Part shown: in pieces, positions 46,120 through 59,760 of the stretch
Layout of the letters: each line of letters begins with the position of its first letter
Position numbering within the stretch: the stretch's first letter is position 1
Origin: Paraspadella gotoi
Taxonomy: Eukaryota > Animalia > Chaetognatha
Reading direction: 5' to 3'
DNA: 64,000 nt
Assembly: GCA_051294375.1 (NCBI GenBank)
Contig: CM119263.1
Location: forward strand, 28,336,549-28,400,548
Notes under the pieces: generated by a model
Database searches by the model: none
What the model saw: the letters and a program-made list of their open reading frames with translations, nothing else
What the model was told of the DNA's origin: nothing
Position numbers and translations under genes: made by a program

Positions 46120-48945
46120 ATGACCACCACCGACGCATTCCTCTCAACCACCTCGGCCCACGGCCTGCCCCGTCTCCGTCAGGGCTCGCGCAGGCGCCGT
46201 GCCGTTTGGGCTTTCGTCTGCGTCGCGGCCTACTGCGGCCTCTTGACCTGGACGGCTCTGCTCTTCTTTCAATTCTTCGATCCGGACGATCTCTCGACGA
46301 GCGTCTCCGTGGAGACCCTCAGCGGGACCTACGACGAAGACGGGGACTTCGCCAGCGACGAGGTCTTTCCTCGACCCGTTCTCTGCGTGCCGGAGGTAGA
46401 GAGCCAGTGGAGATCGAAGGGGTGAAGCCTGAAGGGCATAAGATTGTTATTTAAACTGTCTTTAAAATTTGAAATTAAATTAAATTTAATTCATCGCTGA
46501 GATAAACTTTAAATGGATTAAGTGACTTTTTAGTTAATTATTTAATAGACATATACATGCTTTGATGCTTTCATGATCATCATCATCATCATCATCGCCG
46601 TCGTCTTCGTCATCATAAACATGAGATAGTAATAAAAAAAATATTGTGATTGTGTTTTTATATTTAAGTTGTCATCCATCATAATAATTTTCTTAAAAGA
46701 TTAAATATTTCATACAACTCAAACCAGATCACCTAATCACTATTCAAACTATAAGTATAAATATTGAAACGTTCCAAGTGACCTGTAAATCTGCTCCACC
46801 CCAGGCTCGCCCAGCTGATTGGCACCTCTTCCGCCGAGCCCGTCTCGGCCGCGTCTCCAACGTCCACGACGACGAAGAGAACATCACCTACGCTCCATTC
46901 GACTTCCGGCCGACGCTCTTCGATGCCCAGAGCGCCTACGGACTCGGCTCCGACGCGGCGTTGGGCCTCTGCGCATCCTTCCACGAATCCGCCGAGTACT
47001 ACATCATTCGATGGAACGGAGTCCAGAGTCTTGACTTGTACATCACGATGACCAACACCAGCCACGCGCCGGTCTACAGTTTCGAGAAGGTTTGGGATGG
47101 GGTTGGGAATAAATAATGGAGAGTTTTTTTTCTTCTTGGGAACTTTGAAATATTCCCGATTGTCCCTCGAAAAAGTGGGCCTTTATGGCAATGGGATGGA
47201 GTGTGGTACCCGGGGTTTCTCACCAATTGGCGCAGGTGTTGCAGACCCTAAATGACCGCCTCCTGTCGCTGGCATGTTTACACCGGTATCGTCACGTTTA
47301 ATATTTTGTATCTCATACAAACTAACTTTTACCCTTACCCTCTTCAAGAAAAAGCTAACCTGGCGAGACAAGGTGGTCTCCGTTCGTTTGACCGAAATGC
47401 AAACGACTCATTTCTTCGGCTCAAACTACACAGACCGATTTCCCTCGGAGGCGAACGAAGGACTTTCCTTCTACGACGAAAACTTTTGTCTCGACTCCTG
47501 TTTTTACAAGGTGGCCTTTTTTTGAAAAAAATGTTGGAAAATTGTATTTTTGTTTTAAAGTAGTTTATATAAAAGAATAATCAATCTTTAAACTGACAGG
47601 TTTATTTTTTAGCTCATTTTTTATATTAAAAAAGTTTAAGGGCAAGTTTTATAAAAGAAAACACAATTTAAATTTTTGAATTTTTTAAATTTTATTTTCT
47701 TGTTAATTATAGATATTTGGATATTAGAGCTAGATTTGGATATTTAGATATTAGAGATATATTTGTTATATGTGTTATATTTTAAATATAATTATAATTT
47801 CGTTACATTAAATGTCTTAAATATAAAATATTTTCTCGATTGAACCCCCCCTCCCCAATCCACTCGAGGTTTGGCGGGAAAACTCCTCATTCGCCCGTCA
47901 CGAAAAGGCCCGACGTCACTACGAAAATCTGGCGACGCAACGTCAGGCCGTCCTACAGCCCGACAAATGGCGGGAAATCCTGGCCGACGTTTGCGCCAAC
48001 GCGACCGATATGGTCGTCCACTTTCCTTATCATTTTCTCTGCGACTTTCGCAGCCAAGAGTGCAATCGCGCCTTTAAGAAGTGAGTTGTTGGGAAAACCT
48101 GACTTTGTCTATTCATCCTCCCGTATTTTCGCAGTTTTATTAGAATGAATGTATGTATTTATCAATGTCAATATAACAATATTACTTCTCGCTACTCAGG
48201 CGATAAGTATAACAGAAACTCTACCGAAAGATAAGAAATTATGAGTTTCTGAGAATGGAAAAAGCTAAAGTTGATGAAACCGATTATATGATTGTTTTAT
48301 ATACTTTTTAATCAGATAAAGGACATGATGAATTAAGTTATCAATTCGTTAATTAAATGCATCGTATAGTTATAAAATTTAAAGCAAAATTTGATGCAGA
48401 TTATATAATCAAATATCAATTTCTATTAAATTATTTATAAAATGGTTGAAAGAAAAGTTTATAGGATCAATCGAGACCTTAATGAACCAAGCTCAGTCTT
48501 TGCCTTTATATATCTTAATTAAATCCACATTCTATATTCTAAAGTTACTATCCGTCCACCCCCTCCCATCCCCTCCATCCGCAGATACCACTCCATCATC
48601 CCTCGATGCCAGGCGATCTGCAAGCGACGCCACGTGGACGAGCGATTCCGCCTGATCGCCGACAGCCTGGGCGACGACAAGATCCGGCTCAACCGGATGG
48701 AGGCCTACGTCGCCGTCAACAAGACGGAGCTCTGGTTCCACAGCACTTCCCTCAAGCGGACCGTCTTGCGGCAAAAGCCCAAGATGACCAGCGTCGACCT
48801 GCTGGGGCTGGTGGGCGGGTACATGGGGCTCTTGGTCGGGGCCTCCGTCGTCACCCTTTGCGAATTCGCCGAGTTCTTCTTCAGCAAAGTTTGCGGTGGG
48901 TTGAAAGGGAATGAGAAAGTGGGGAGGAAAGGGGGCGGGAGTTAG
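46120..48945 (+). CDS. DEG/ENaC (amiloride-sensitive channel family) subunit, divergent
   Basis: Exons 46120-46395 (STTSAHG pre-M1, TM1, FPRPVLC), 46805-47089, ~47236-47510 (5' part unresolved; ...FYDENFCLDSCFYK), 47869-48080, 48585-48945 (LLGLVGGYMGLLVGASVVTLCEFAEF, TM2 with GAS filter). An upstream exon is possible. Confidence 0.9.
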
Positions 48946-49644
48946 GGTGAGGGAGTGGGGAGAGAAGAACAGGAAAGGTTTCGGTATGTTGAATAATTAA
49001 TATTCATTCTGATGAGAAAACAATGCGAAGTAAATATATATACTTTCTAAAGTATTAATCTTTTTTTCTGGATCTCATGTGAAGAGCATACTCAGATCAG
49101 AGAGACATCTCCCACTGTCTGTCCACCATTCCCTCATTATAGATAACCAAGACATTTTTAAAATTTAAAAAAAAAAAAGATTATTATTTTTCACTTTCTC
49201 GTCACTTAGTTTAAGAGAATGCAATTCATAGAATTAAGCGGCTATTCAAAATGACTTTTGTAGTCGAAGAAATTCACAAAAAATCTTGAACCGAAGAGAG
49301 TTAAGCCAGGTTGTTTTACACCTTTCTTCTCTTCCGCCGCCCCCCCTCCTCCATCCACCGCGATCCAACTTCACCCCTTTCCTTCCCTCGGGATCGAGTT
49401 ATTCTCTCCATGCGACACAAAAGTCAAAAGCCAAAACGTAAACCGTCACGAGTCGTGATTATTATCTCTCCCTCAGCGACCAATCGCAACAAAACTTAAA
49501 ACGAAAAAGATCGAGGGACCAATCAGAAGTCACCATTTTGTCGCCTTTAGATTTTGGAACCAAACAAAACGCTTTAAGCCTCGAAAAATTTGATCATACT
49601 TTTTAAAAGAAAGAGAGAAAAAAATAGGAAAGAATACAAGAATG

Positions 49645-49681
49645 AAAGAAAGAAAAAAAGAAAGAAAAAAAGAAAGAAAAA

Positions 49682-49765
<84 letters not shown>
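49645..49765 (+). repeat. (AAAG)n microsatellite; long (CT)n tracts at 44524-44567, 49941-50050 and 51040-51151
   Basis: Visible simple repeats. Confidence 0.95.
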
Positions 49766-49769
<4 letters not shown>

Positions 49770-49937
49770 AGCGAGCGAGCATAACCGAGCGAAAATTAGC
49801 TACCGCTTGATATTTTTTTCTGTTGTCACTCCCAAGTTCTCGCGGAAAAGGGAGGGACTGAATACAGATGAACCTTTTTTAACTGGATTCGAAAAAAAAA
49901 ACAGGCTCTGCTACATTAGGCTACCTGCGCAAAACAG

Positions 49938-50051
<114 letters not shown>

Positions 50052-51037
50052 CTGTAATGCCTTGGTAAAATCTATTTCTCTCGAGCCATGAATTCCTCGT
50101 CGTCTCTCTTTATGGTGCTTCGAGCCGGCCTCATGGTGCCGAGTCTTCTCTCATCTCGCTTCGCACGAGCGCCGCTTTTTCTTCTGTCGAGCGCCTCAGT
50201 CCCATCGGGCGGGAGGATTCTCTGTTTACGTTTCTCTTGAATTAATTCTTTTTAAATATATTTATTTATATTAATTATTTTTCGATATTTTTTCGATTGA
50301 AAATATATTACCTACACAATATAAAGATGTTAGAAATAATTCTTTCGAAAATGTACTTTGCCGATACGTGTTAGAGCCGCCTCGCCTTTGTCCGTCTCGG
50401 GTCAAAAGCGGACTAAATCACATCGTTTTAACCCTGCTTCCAGGTTCAATTCCAATCACGGATAATATATGGATATATTGGATAATATATATGGATAATT
50501 TGCGACTTTGGAATCACATGAAATCCCACCGTTACTGTAGTATTATCTCTTTGCAAGCCTGAATCTAACCCTTTAATACGTTTGTGGTTTTTTTTTGTCA
50601 GCTGCAAGGTGTACCTTTGTAGAAAAAAAATAGATTTTTTTTAAAACCACTGTCTGGATTTAAGTTAATACTAAGCTTATAATATTTTAAAAATCAATTT
50701 CCCCTGTTTATTACTAGGTACTACTTACCGCCACTGAAAATTTATTGGTAAAAGTGCACCTACTTAAAAAAAATGTCCCTCATTGATTCTTTGGCGCGAC
50801 AACTTATTATCATTTATGCCCAAATCAATCGACCACCACTCCGACAACCCAACGCTACCCCTTCACCCCTCGCCCAACCCCCCACTCACCCCCAGCGCAT
50901 TTTTCAAAAAGCCCTTTCGCTCCCAGATAGAATTTTTCGACGAGAGATCGAAATCTCAAAGTCATTTTCTTCCAAGAAGAAAATTCTTTCTTCTTTTTTT
51001 GAAAGGAGAAAACGCATCGTTAATGCAACTCCGGCTT

Positions 51038-51154
<117 letters not shown>

Positions 51155-52071
51155 TCCTTTCGCTCTACCTCTCAATTCAATTTTTTTAAAGCAATACAAT
51201 TTCGAAATACACCAAATAATTTTTTTGCATAATTCCCTAATTTTTTAAACTACGGATTTTGACGAAGCCGCTAAGCATCGTTCTGAGAGTCTCGGTTGAG
51301 CGGGTCAAGTCGCAAACTAACCTTTAAAGTCAAACCTTTAAGAAAGACACCTTCAGTCGTGATGCCGTGATTGAGCGGTTTGAAAAAGGCATAATCAACT
51401 TCTACTGCTTTTTAGGCCTTAAGCCCTAATACTAAAACTATTCTGAAAAAAACAATGTTAAGCTAAAATCTCTTTCACAAAATTATTTTTTGCCAACTCT
51501 TCTCCATATTTCTAAATATTGAAGTCATAATTAGTAGGATTAACTTTTACAAGTTTTACGCTGATCCAATCGCCTTAAATTAATTTTTGATGGCGGCTTA
51601 GATTATCGGGTTGAGACGAGAGAATAAATTAGGGATGACATTAGTGTCGGCTATTGACGCTTGGGATGACAAAAGGGTTTGGTTATGGGTCGCCATAAGG
51701 GGTGATTTCGAAATGAGAAATAGAGCAAAAAGGAAAGAGAGATGATGGTTTTTGAACTTAACAATATAAAAACAAGAACGGTAATTCAAATGTGTTGCAC
51801 CGCAATGACTGCCTTATCACGTGTATTTCTCGTGACATAACATGACGTGACATGACATGACGTGATATAACATGACTACTTGACTACAACAACTTTCTAA
51901 GCCTTTGTATTTATGACATGCACTGCATCAAAATTCCATCTTTTATGCCTTATAGATTTAGGATTTCCTGAAGGCGGCGCTTGCAGTCCCTTAGATTTGA
52001 GGTTTTTTCTGTCTTAACAAAAATAAGAGAGAAAGAAAGAAAGATAAAAATAACGAGAGAGAAAAAGAGAG

Positions 52072-52115
<44 letters not shown>

Positions 52116-53320
52116 ATAGCGACCAAGTTTTTCAAAATTTTCTTTCTAATTAAATTTTGCATAAACCACTTTTCGCCTGTGAGTTGAACTCCTCCTCCTC
52201 TTAAGTATAGTCAAACCATTGATTCGACCACTTTTCGACTCCTCCTCCGTCTCAACTTCTTCAACTCCTCAACCTCTAAACTTCTCAACCATCGTCGTCT
52301 TCTCGTCTCCCTCTTCGCCTTTTAACCTCTTCCCCCCCACACCCCCCGACGCCCTCCTTTCTTTCTCTTCGCTCGCCCGCGACAAAAGCCAAAAAGAAAA
52401 AAAGAATATATGGAAAGAAAAGAAAAAAAGAAAAAAAAAAAGAATTTCCATATATCCCACAAGAGGCATTCATTATAACGGGGTTGAGGTCTGAACTAGT
52501 TTCGCGTTTTAAATTTAAAGTTATAACTGGTTTTATTTGGCCATAGTATGTATTATCAATCTGCAAGTTTTTGACAGCGGCCCTGAAAATGATTCTCGTT
52601 GCAAAACGGAAAAGAGTAAAACCAAAGTAGAACTCAATTGTTGCTGTTTGACTCAGGTTTTTCGTTTTAGCAAACCCAGTCACAACACGACAGCAAAGAC
52701 GCTTTGCCACGGTTCAGGCTGGAGCAACAGGACAAGAACAAACAAGCGCAAAATAAGAAAACGATTTAATCATTTAAAAACGATTAAACAATAAAAAAAA
52801 AGAAAAAAAAGGACGACTGCAACAAACAAAAGCGACAACCGAAAATCCGTCCGGAAATCAGAACTCCCTGTCGACGCTATTTCCGGCGCCGCCAGACCGT
52901 TGAGGGTCGAGAGTTTGAAGAATCAATTTCCCCCAATTTGGAATCGAGTTGTAAAAGCGTCGCCCTTTTGTTGACCCCGGGCCGGCGTGAGCGCGTTGCT
53001 TGGCAACGTGGCACGCCTCCACGCCTCCGCCCGCGTTCTTTCTCTCCTAAGTCGATCTCGACAGAAAAAGCTTTTTTTTTTAACTTCATTCCCGAGATAT
53101 TTTTTGTGGTATCAGATGATATTTCTGAACTTGTTGCTAAGCTTTGGTCGAATTAAAGTTTTATATTTTTAAAAAAATATCATAAAATAAATTTATCATT
53201 TTCATTGTAAATTGAGAGTAATTAAAAGTAAATACGATAATTTGCCTCTGGCTGCCCCTATCAGTCTATGACCGACTGAACCCGGCTGTCGGCGCAGCAG
53301 CCCGACGAGATTGAACTATA

Positions 53321-53938
53321 CAATAAGGCGTAGTGAAAGTTACATACGAAAATTCTAAAAGTCAATTATGAACAACATACCATCAGTGAACATTAATTTG
53401 TAAAAAAAATTAATTTTATGTTTTTTAATTTTCGCAGTAGGCTATATTTATATATAGTACTATCCTTATAAAATCGAAAAATTTCAAAATAAGCTTTTCT
53501 TAATTTTGATTGCAGATTTGAATTCCTCGTCAAAAGTTGATGAAAGAAAATATAATTCATTTTTAAAAATTCTTTCATTAAGTGGGTTAAAAATTAAAAA
53601 AACTATATTTAATATATAAAAAGTTAATTTTCAGCTTAAAATATAGCTTTTTCTAATTTTTGACCCACTTAATGAAGGAATTTTTCAAAAAGAGTTGTAT
53701 TTCTTTTTATCAACTTTTTATGACGAATCCAAATCTGCAAAAAAATCTTAGAAAAAACTGTTTTGAAATTTTAACATTTATTGGTTTAGTACTAGTATAA
53801 ATATGGCCTACTGCGTAAATTGTAAAATTTATTATAAATTTTTTTTATACATAAATGTTCATAAGTATAATGTTGTTCGTTTCTCACTTTTAGAATTTTA
53901 ATTAAAGTTGAACTTAGGAATTTTACTACGCCTTACTA
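53321..53938. mobile_element. Fold-back MITE, Tc1/mariner-like (TA-flanked)
   Basis: TA|CAATAAGGCGTAGT...ACTACGCCTTACTA|TA; almost entirely an imperfect palindrome centred near 53620. Confidence 0.7.
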
Positions 53939-53940
53939 TA

Positions 53941-55533
53941 CAAGGTGAAACACGACAACCCGCCGCTAGAAAAAAAAAAATCGTCGTTTGCAAACCCGTG
54001 AAGATTTTTTTAATCTTAAAGATTTTTTCTTTAGTAAAAACCAAAATAATTTATATATCCAAATTTTATATTGATTGGTTATGATTTGCCTTGGCAATGA
54101 GCGGGGAAATAGTTGCTTTAAAAATTGTCTTTCATTTTAAAATTCAAATCTTTTTTTTTTAATCTTTTTGTCTTAACTTTTTGAAAGCTCTTGGAAATTT
54201 GAAGAAAATAACATATTTAAGAATATTGTTACATAAAAATAAGCTTAACCAGCTTTAGTTTAATCAAGGTAATCAAAATTAAAATAATAAAATTCTAAAA
54301 TATATTTCTTCAAATATCTGACCTATTTTCACTATAATGATCTAACCAATTATTGTTTATAAAGGCATTGTTTTGAACTAAGTTCGGAGAGTGGTTTCAT
54401 TGACTTGCTAACTTTCCCGGGCTAACTCTACGCCAAATAAAGCGTTGGTATTTGTGGCGTAATGGCGCAGAGGAGACGATGGTGCCGGTCTATGAAGCTC
54501 AATAGATGAGGACGACAAAGTCTCGGCCACAAAGGCGAAGCCCAGGACATAGTTGAAGTTAAAGTGGTGAAGTGAAGAAGTGAAGAAAGTGAAGTTGTGA
54601 AGTTGAAGTAAAGTAAAAGTGAAGTAAGTAAAGGTAAAGTTAGAAGTCCTGGGCAAATGATAACAAAACATTTAATACAAACTCAGCAAATATATATATA
54701 TAAAGTTTAAAGAATCTTTCTTACTTGTTTCTGAAGCCAAAATAGTAACAAAAAGTTGCTTCTCTCACAGGAAAGTCCACCAATCCAGCAATTACCAAAT
54801 AGTTTCTAAAAACTAAAGATTCCGAGATTTTCAGAGAACTGAAAAGTGCAAGAATGACAGATCTGACAGTTCACATCGATAAATCGTAATTAAAATCTAT
54901 CGAAATCCGATGAACCAATCAGAATCCGCCACGGAATCTGTACTTAAGTATATATATAACAAAAGTCTAATTCAAAAGATGGCTCTGTAATCGCTGGAAA
55001 GCTGGCAATTCTTGTGTCAGTAAAAAAGACAAAAGAGCATCGGGAAAAGGGGGAGAAGCTGGATTTCTTCGTGATATATAGATAGTTATTTCGTAACAGG
55101 CATCATAAAAAAGCTTGAGAAAAACTAAATTAAAATGGCTAACAATAATTTAATAATTATTCTAAAACTGCTATTCAGGAATTTTTAATTTAATAATTAT
55201 CTTAGTTTTGATTACCTTTTTTGTTTTAAAGATGGATATTACAGTATTTTTAATTATTCCATTCTCTTTATATTTTCAAAAGCTTTCAGAGGATATTAAT
55301 ATTAAAAAAATGTTTAAAAAGTTAAAAAAAATTGAGTTTTAAAATGAAAGACGATTTTAAAAGCAAATTTTCTCTGTTCAATGCCAAGTCAAATCAAAAC
55401 CAATCAATATAAAATTTGGATATATAAATGATTTTGGTTTTTATTACAGAAAAAATCTTTCAGATTAAAAAAATCTTAACAAGTTTGCAAATGACGATTT
55501 TTTTCGATCGTCGAGTTGTCGTGTGTCACCTTG
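53941..55533. mobile_element. Non-autonomous Tc1/mariner-like element with ~200-bp TIRs
   Basis: TA|CAAGGTGAAACACGACAAC...GTTGTCGTGTGTCACCTTG|TA; the same right end occurs at ~12150-12267 and ~13240-13352. Confidence 0.75.
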
Positions 55534-55939
55534 TAAGTTAAACGGACGGCGCTGCAGAGCGATTCGATTATTCTATTAATTGAATAAAAAGAAATTGGGA
55601 ATAGATTTTAAGTCCTTTCTGGTGTTCTTTTTTCCTGTAGAATGTAAAATCTAAAAGGTAAAATCCTGGACGAAATCTCACGGTGTTTTTAGGTATATAT
55701 GTGTATATATTTGTGTGTATAGGTACATAAGAACATAAACGTAAATTCTAAAGTCACTTCTGTTATTTTAAGAAACAATTTTTTTTTGAAAATAATACAC
55801 TTATTCTTACGGATGGAGAGATATTTTATCGTGTTGTTCACTTAAAATTGTTATTCTTTATTAACTAAAGCCATACCTATACGTACCAGGTCTATATTTA
55901 CATACCGAAACGTTTCAGTCCTTTTTATCATCTTCCACT

Positions 55940-57354
55940 ATGTCAGTCGAGATTCTCAGCATGGGTCTTCCGCAACAATTCGCCGCCAAATCCTGGGAAT
56001 TATTCGCTTTAATTTTGGAAAATTCACAAGTCGACGGCTTTGATCACGTGATCGATTTTGGATGCGGAACGGGGGAGACGACGCAGCGACTGGCCGAATG
56101 GGTGGGAGAGTACAATCGCAAAATTGGACGGGCTGGGTAAAGAAAAATATTCATTTATAACCAGAGAGGGAAAACGTTAAATCTGTTTTCCACATCATAA
56201 TAACAGGGGTCTTCATTAACTTTTACTTTTTCAGTTCCAAACTTTTCATCACCGGCACAGACGTATCCGCTGTCGAAACGTCCTTCTGCGAAAATGTATA
56301 TTCCTCGTCCACTGATGTCTCAAAGGCGGAGTTCTTTTTCAAAGCTGCCGACATCGGCGACAGTACGACGATGGCTCCGGAGTGGGAGTCGGCCTTCGAC
56401 CTGGTCACAAGTTTTTGGACGAATCATTCGGTCAAAAATCAAGAGGAGATTTTGAAAAATATTCATTTCTGCCTGAAGCCAGGGGGATATTTCTGTCTCT
56501 ATGATCAAACGGGATTCGATGCGATTCCTGGTTTGTTGCAAGATTACTTGTTTTACTATATTATACTAAATTAGACAAAATTTTTTAAAGAATAAGAAAG
56601 GTTTTAGTCTAACATATTTCACTCAAGTATTAAAATTTAACTTAAATTATTATTTGATTCATTTCATATTGAATTGTGTAATGGGAAGAGGGTTGTTAGT
56701 GTTGTCTTCTGGAAATGGACGGAGCATCTATATAACACAAGGTTAAAAATTACTTTCTGCCTTGTTTTCTAATAAGATATTTTGAATTTGATCATCACAT
56801 CGGGATATTATTTTAAGATTTATGAATCTAATTTATAAACATTTCTATTTGCTTAAGCGGACTACGATAAGGAATTGAAACATTACCGAATGACAAAGGG
56901 TAAGTGATAATTCACAAATAAACGAACAGACATACAATTCTAAGCAAAGAAAAACTTTCTCTCATCAGTCGGCCTCGGGATGCTTCCCAAATGGTCACAA
57001 TACCTTCCCGCCGGTGGCCTCAGCGAGCTCGTATTCCCCGGTCAAGCGGCCTATCAATCATGGGGTCGCCCTGACCCGGCCGCCGGTTACACCACCATGG
57101 TCTTAGAGGCGGGATTCCGCGTCATTTCCGCCCGCAACGAATTCTTTCGCTACGATTACAGCGAGGAAGAGTTGGCGACGACAGTCAAGCATTTCTCCCG
57201 GCGGGTGGAAGGTCTGCCCTCGGAATACCTCGAGGAATTCGTGGGAGATTTCGTGTACGAGTACAAGAGGCTCTTTACTCGAGAGGAAAGCGATGAGTGG
57301 AGAAAATTGAAAGCGGACATGGGAGTCATTGTTGTTGTGGGACGAAAACTTTGA
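55940..57354 (+). CDS. Class I SAM-dependent small-molecule methyltransferase, JHAMT-like (~292 aa)
   Basis: Exons 55940-56136, 56235-56530, 56969-57354 with GT-AG and matching phases; motifs VIDFGCGTG, ITGTDVS, AADIG, FDLVTSFWTNH, LKPGG. Confidence 0.9.
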
Positions 57355-58809
57355 ACTTTGACCTTGTTCAAGTTTGGAACATTTTCCTCAAATTAAAAAT
57401 TTTTAAGCTACAAAAGTTGTACGTTTTAATTTTTTGAAAATTATATCGGGAATTACATTTTAAAAAAAAATTTTTAAAAATTATTTTGTTAAGATGAAGC
57501 CATTATTTAACGTAGAATATCACTTAGACTTAATAACTTATGCTTATATTTTAAAATTGATAGGAATTTCTAAAATATAAAATTACATGTGATTAAGCAT
57601 ATCGTAGTTGATAAGAAACCAGAATGACTATTTGTTTACATGTTTTGTCTCAAGACGTGATCAGACATGATATGACAATGGTTTGAGACTAAGGTTTTGT
57701 CAAGTTAAACAAAAGGGTAACAAGTTATTGCTTGTATCAACATGCCTCCCCCAAGACGATTCGAAGGAAGTGGAAATCGTAGTTAAAAATATCAATATTT
57801 CAAACATTCCAATTGTTAAAGATTTTAACCGTTTTAACCGTTATAAAAATGTAAAAAGAAAAGGACAAGTTCGTACCAAGGTGAAATTGCAAAATCAAAT
57901 GGTTTGATTAATCACAAAACCAGAACTACACTTTCAATTTACTAGAAACGTTTGATAAAGCTNNNNNNNNNNCTCCCTGTTGGCTCTGGGGGCTACCGAC
58001 CATCGGTGACGCCTCCAGTCACTGGCGCGGTTACCCAAGGACGGTCTCGCTTTGCCAACGCAGAGGGAAGTCGTTTGGACTGTGGATGGAACACAACTCC
58101 CGGGATGGTGTGTTCTCCCTCTGAGCCAATGGGATTGGCTCAACGACTATGGATGTGAGAGAATCCGTAGAATCCGTAGACTTCGGTAAAGGCTCAAGGA
58201 CCGAAAACGTCGATCAACGTGAAATGTCTCGAAGAAAGAGAGACTTATTTGAGGAAAATGAGTGTATTTTCGAGTTGACAAATCAATCAATGAGTGAGAG
58301 AGAGAGTCAGGTCATCTGAATTAGCCTGTAAATCAGGAGTGAATTTCGGCGATATCTGGAATGAATTTCCTCAGACTTGTGAAACTTTTTCTCAATAGAC
58401 GTGAGGCGGTGTGATCATAATTTGTCTAATGAAGCATGAAGAATGCTATTTTCTTAACCCTCTTTTGGTTGAAACCAAATGACAAAAATTAAGAGAAAAG
58501 GTGCGTCGAGAGAGAGGAAGCCGCCCCGCATATTTGACTAATTTGGCTAAGTAATTATTGTCCGCTTTTATTTTTCGTCTTGACTTGAACCTGTCGTTGT
58601 GATACCAAAGAACGCAATTAGAAAAGGTAAAAATTTAAAATCGCATTAACCTTAATTTTTTTGGCAAGCTAGCTTCCTAAAGATTGTTGTAAAATTGTTT
58701 TGGTTAAATCCTTATCTACTAATTTTAAATATAAAGCTGCATGTGTCGTTTGTTGGAAAAACTACTGCTTAATTTANNNNNNNNNNNNNNNNNNNNNNNN
58801 NTCATGTTA

Positions 58810-59760
58810 TAAAACAATATTGCAGTTTGAAAAATTATGGCAAGTTGAAAAAATTATGGCAAGTATGAAAAAATTATGCCAAGTTGAAAATTTATGCAAT
58901 TTAAAAAAATACTGCAAGTTGCAACAAAATTAATCGCAAAATCTGCAAATTACTTATACAAGATTAAAAAATTATACGAAGGTTGAAAAAAATTTGCAAG
59001 TTTGATAATAAATTATGGTTTTAAAAAAAATTATGCAATTAAAAATTATGCAAGTTAAAAAAATGTATACAAGTTAAAAAAATTATGCAAGTTGAAAAAT
59101 TATGCAAAATTTAAAAATTATGCAAGTTAAAAAAATTATACCACAGTTTGAAGAAAGAATTATCCAAGTTGAAAAATTAATGCAATTTCAAAAATTCTGC
59201 CAAATGTAAAAAAATTATGCAAGTTAAAAAATTATCACAGGTTTTTAAAAAAATTATGGCGAATTGAAAAATATGCAAGTTGAAAATTATGCAAGTGAAA
59301 AATTATGGCAAGTAAAAAAAAAACAAGCAAGTTTGAAAAAATTATGCAAATCTGAAAAAAATTATGCAAAGTCTAAAAAATTATACAGATTTGAAAAAAT
59401 TAATTCAATTTTAAAAAATTATGCAAGTTGAAAAAATTATGCCTCAAAGTTGAAAAAATTATCAAGTTGAAAAAATAATGCCAAGTTGAAAAAAATTATG
59501 CAAAGATTTAAAAAAAATTATGCAAGTTTAAAAAATATAATAACAAGTGGAAAAAATTATGGAAAGTTGGAAAATTTAGCAATGTGAATAAAAAAATTAT
59601 GCAAGTAAAAATTTATGAGGTGAAAATTAAGGCAAGTTTGAAAAAATTATGCAAATAAAAAAAATTATGCAATGTAAAAAAAATAACAAGTGGCAAAAAA
59701 AATTACTGCAAGTTTGAAAAAAGAGTTATTGCAAGTGAAAAATATTATGCAATTTTAAAA
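58810..59760 (+). repeat. Degenerate ~16-18-bp satellite (AAAAATTATGCAAGTTG)n
   Basis: Tandem units related to the 27.7-kb minisatellite; follows an N gap. Confidence 0.85.

Noticed and set aside
57973-58160. GC-rich patch after an N gap with short hairpins
   Set aside because: No recognisable ribozyme, tRNA or coding motif, and it is truncated by the gap.
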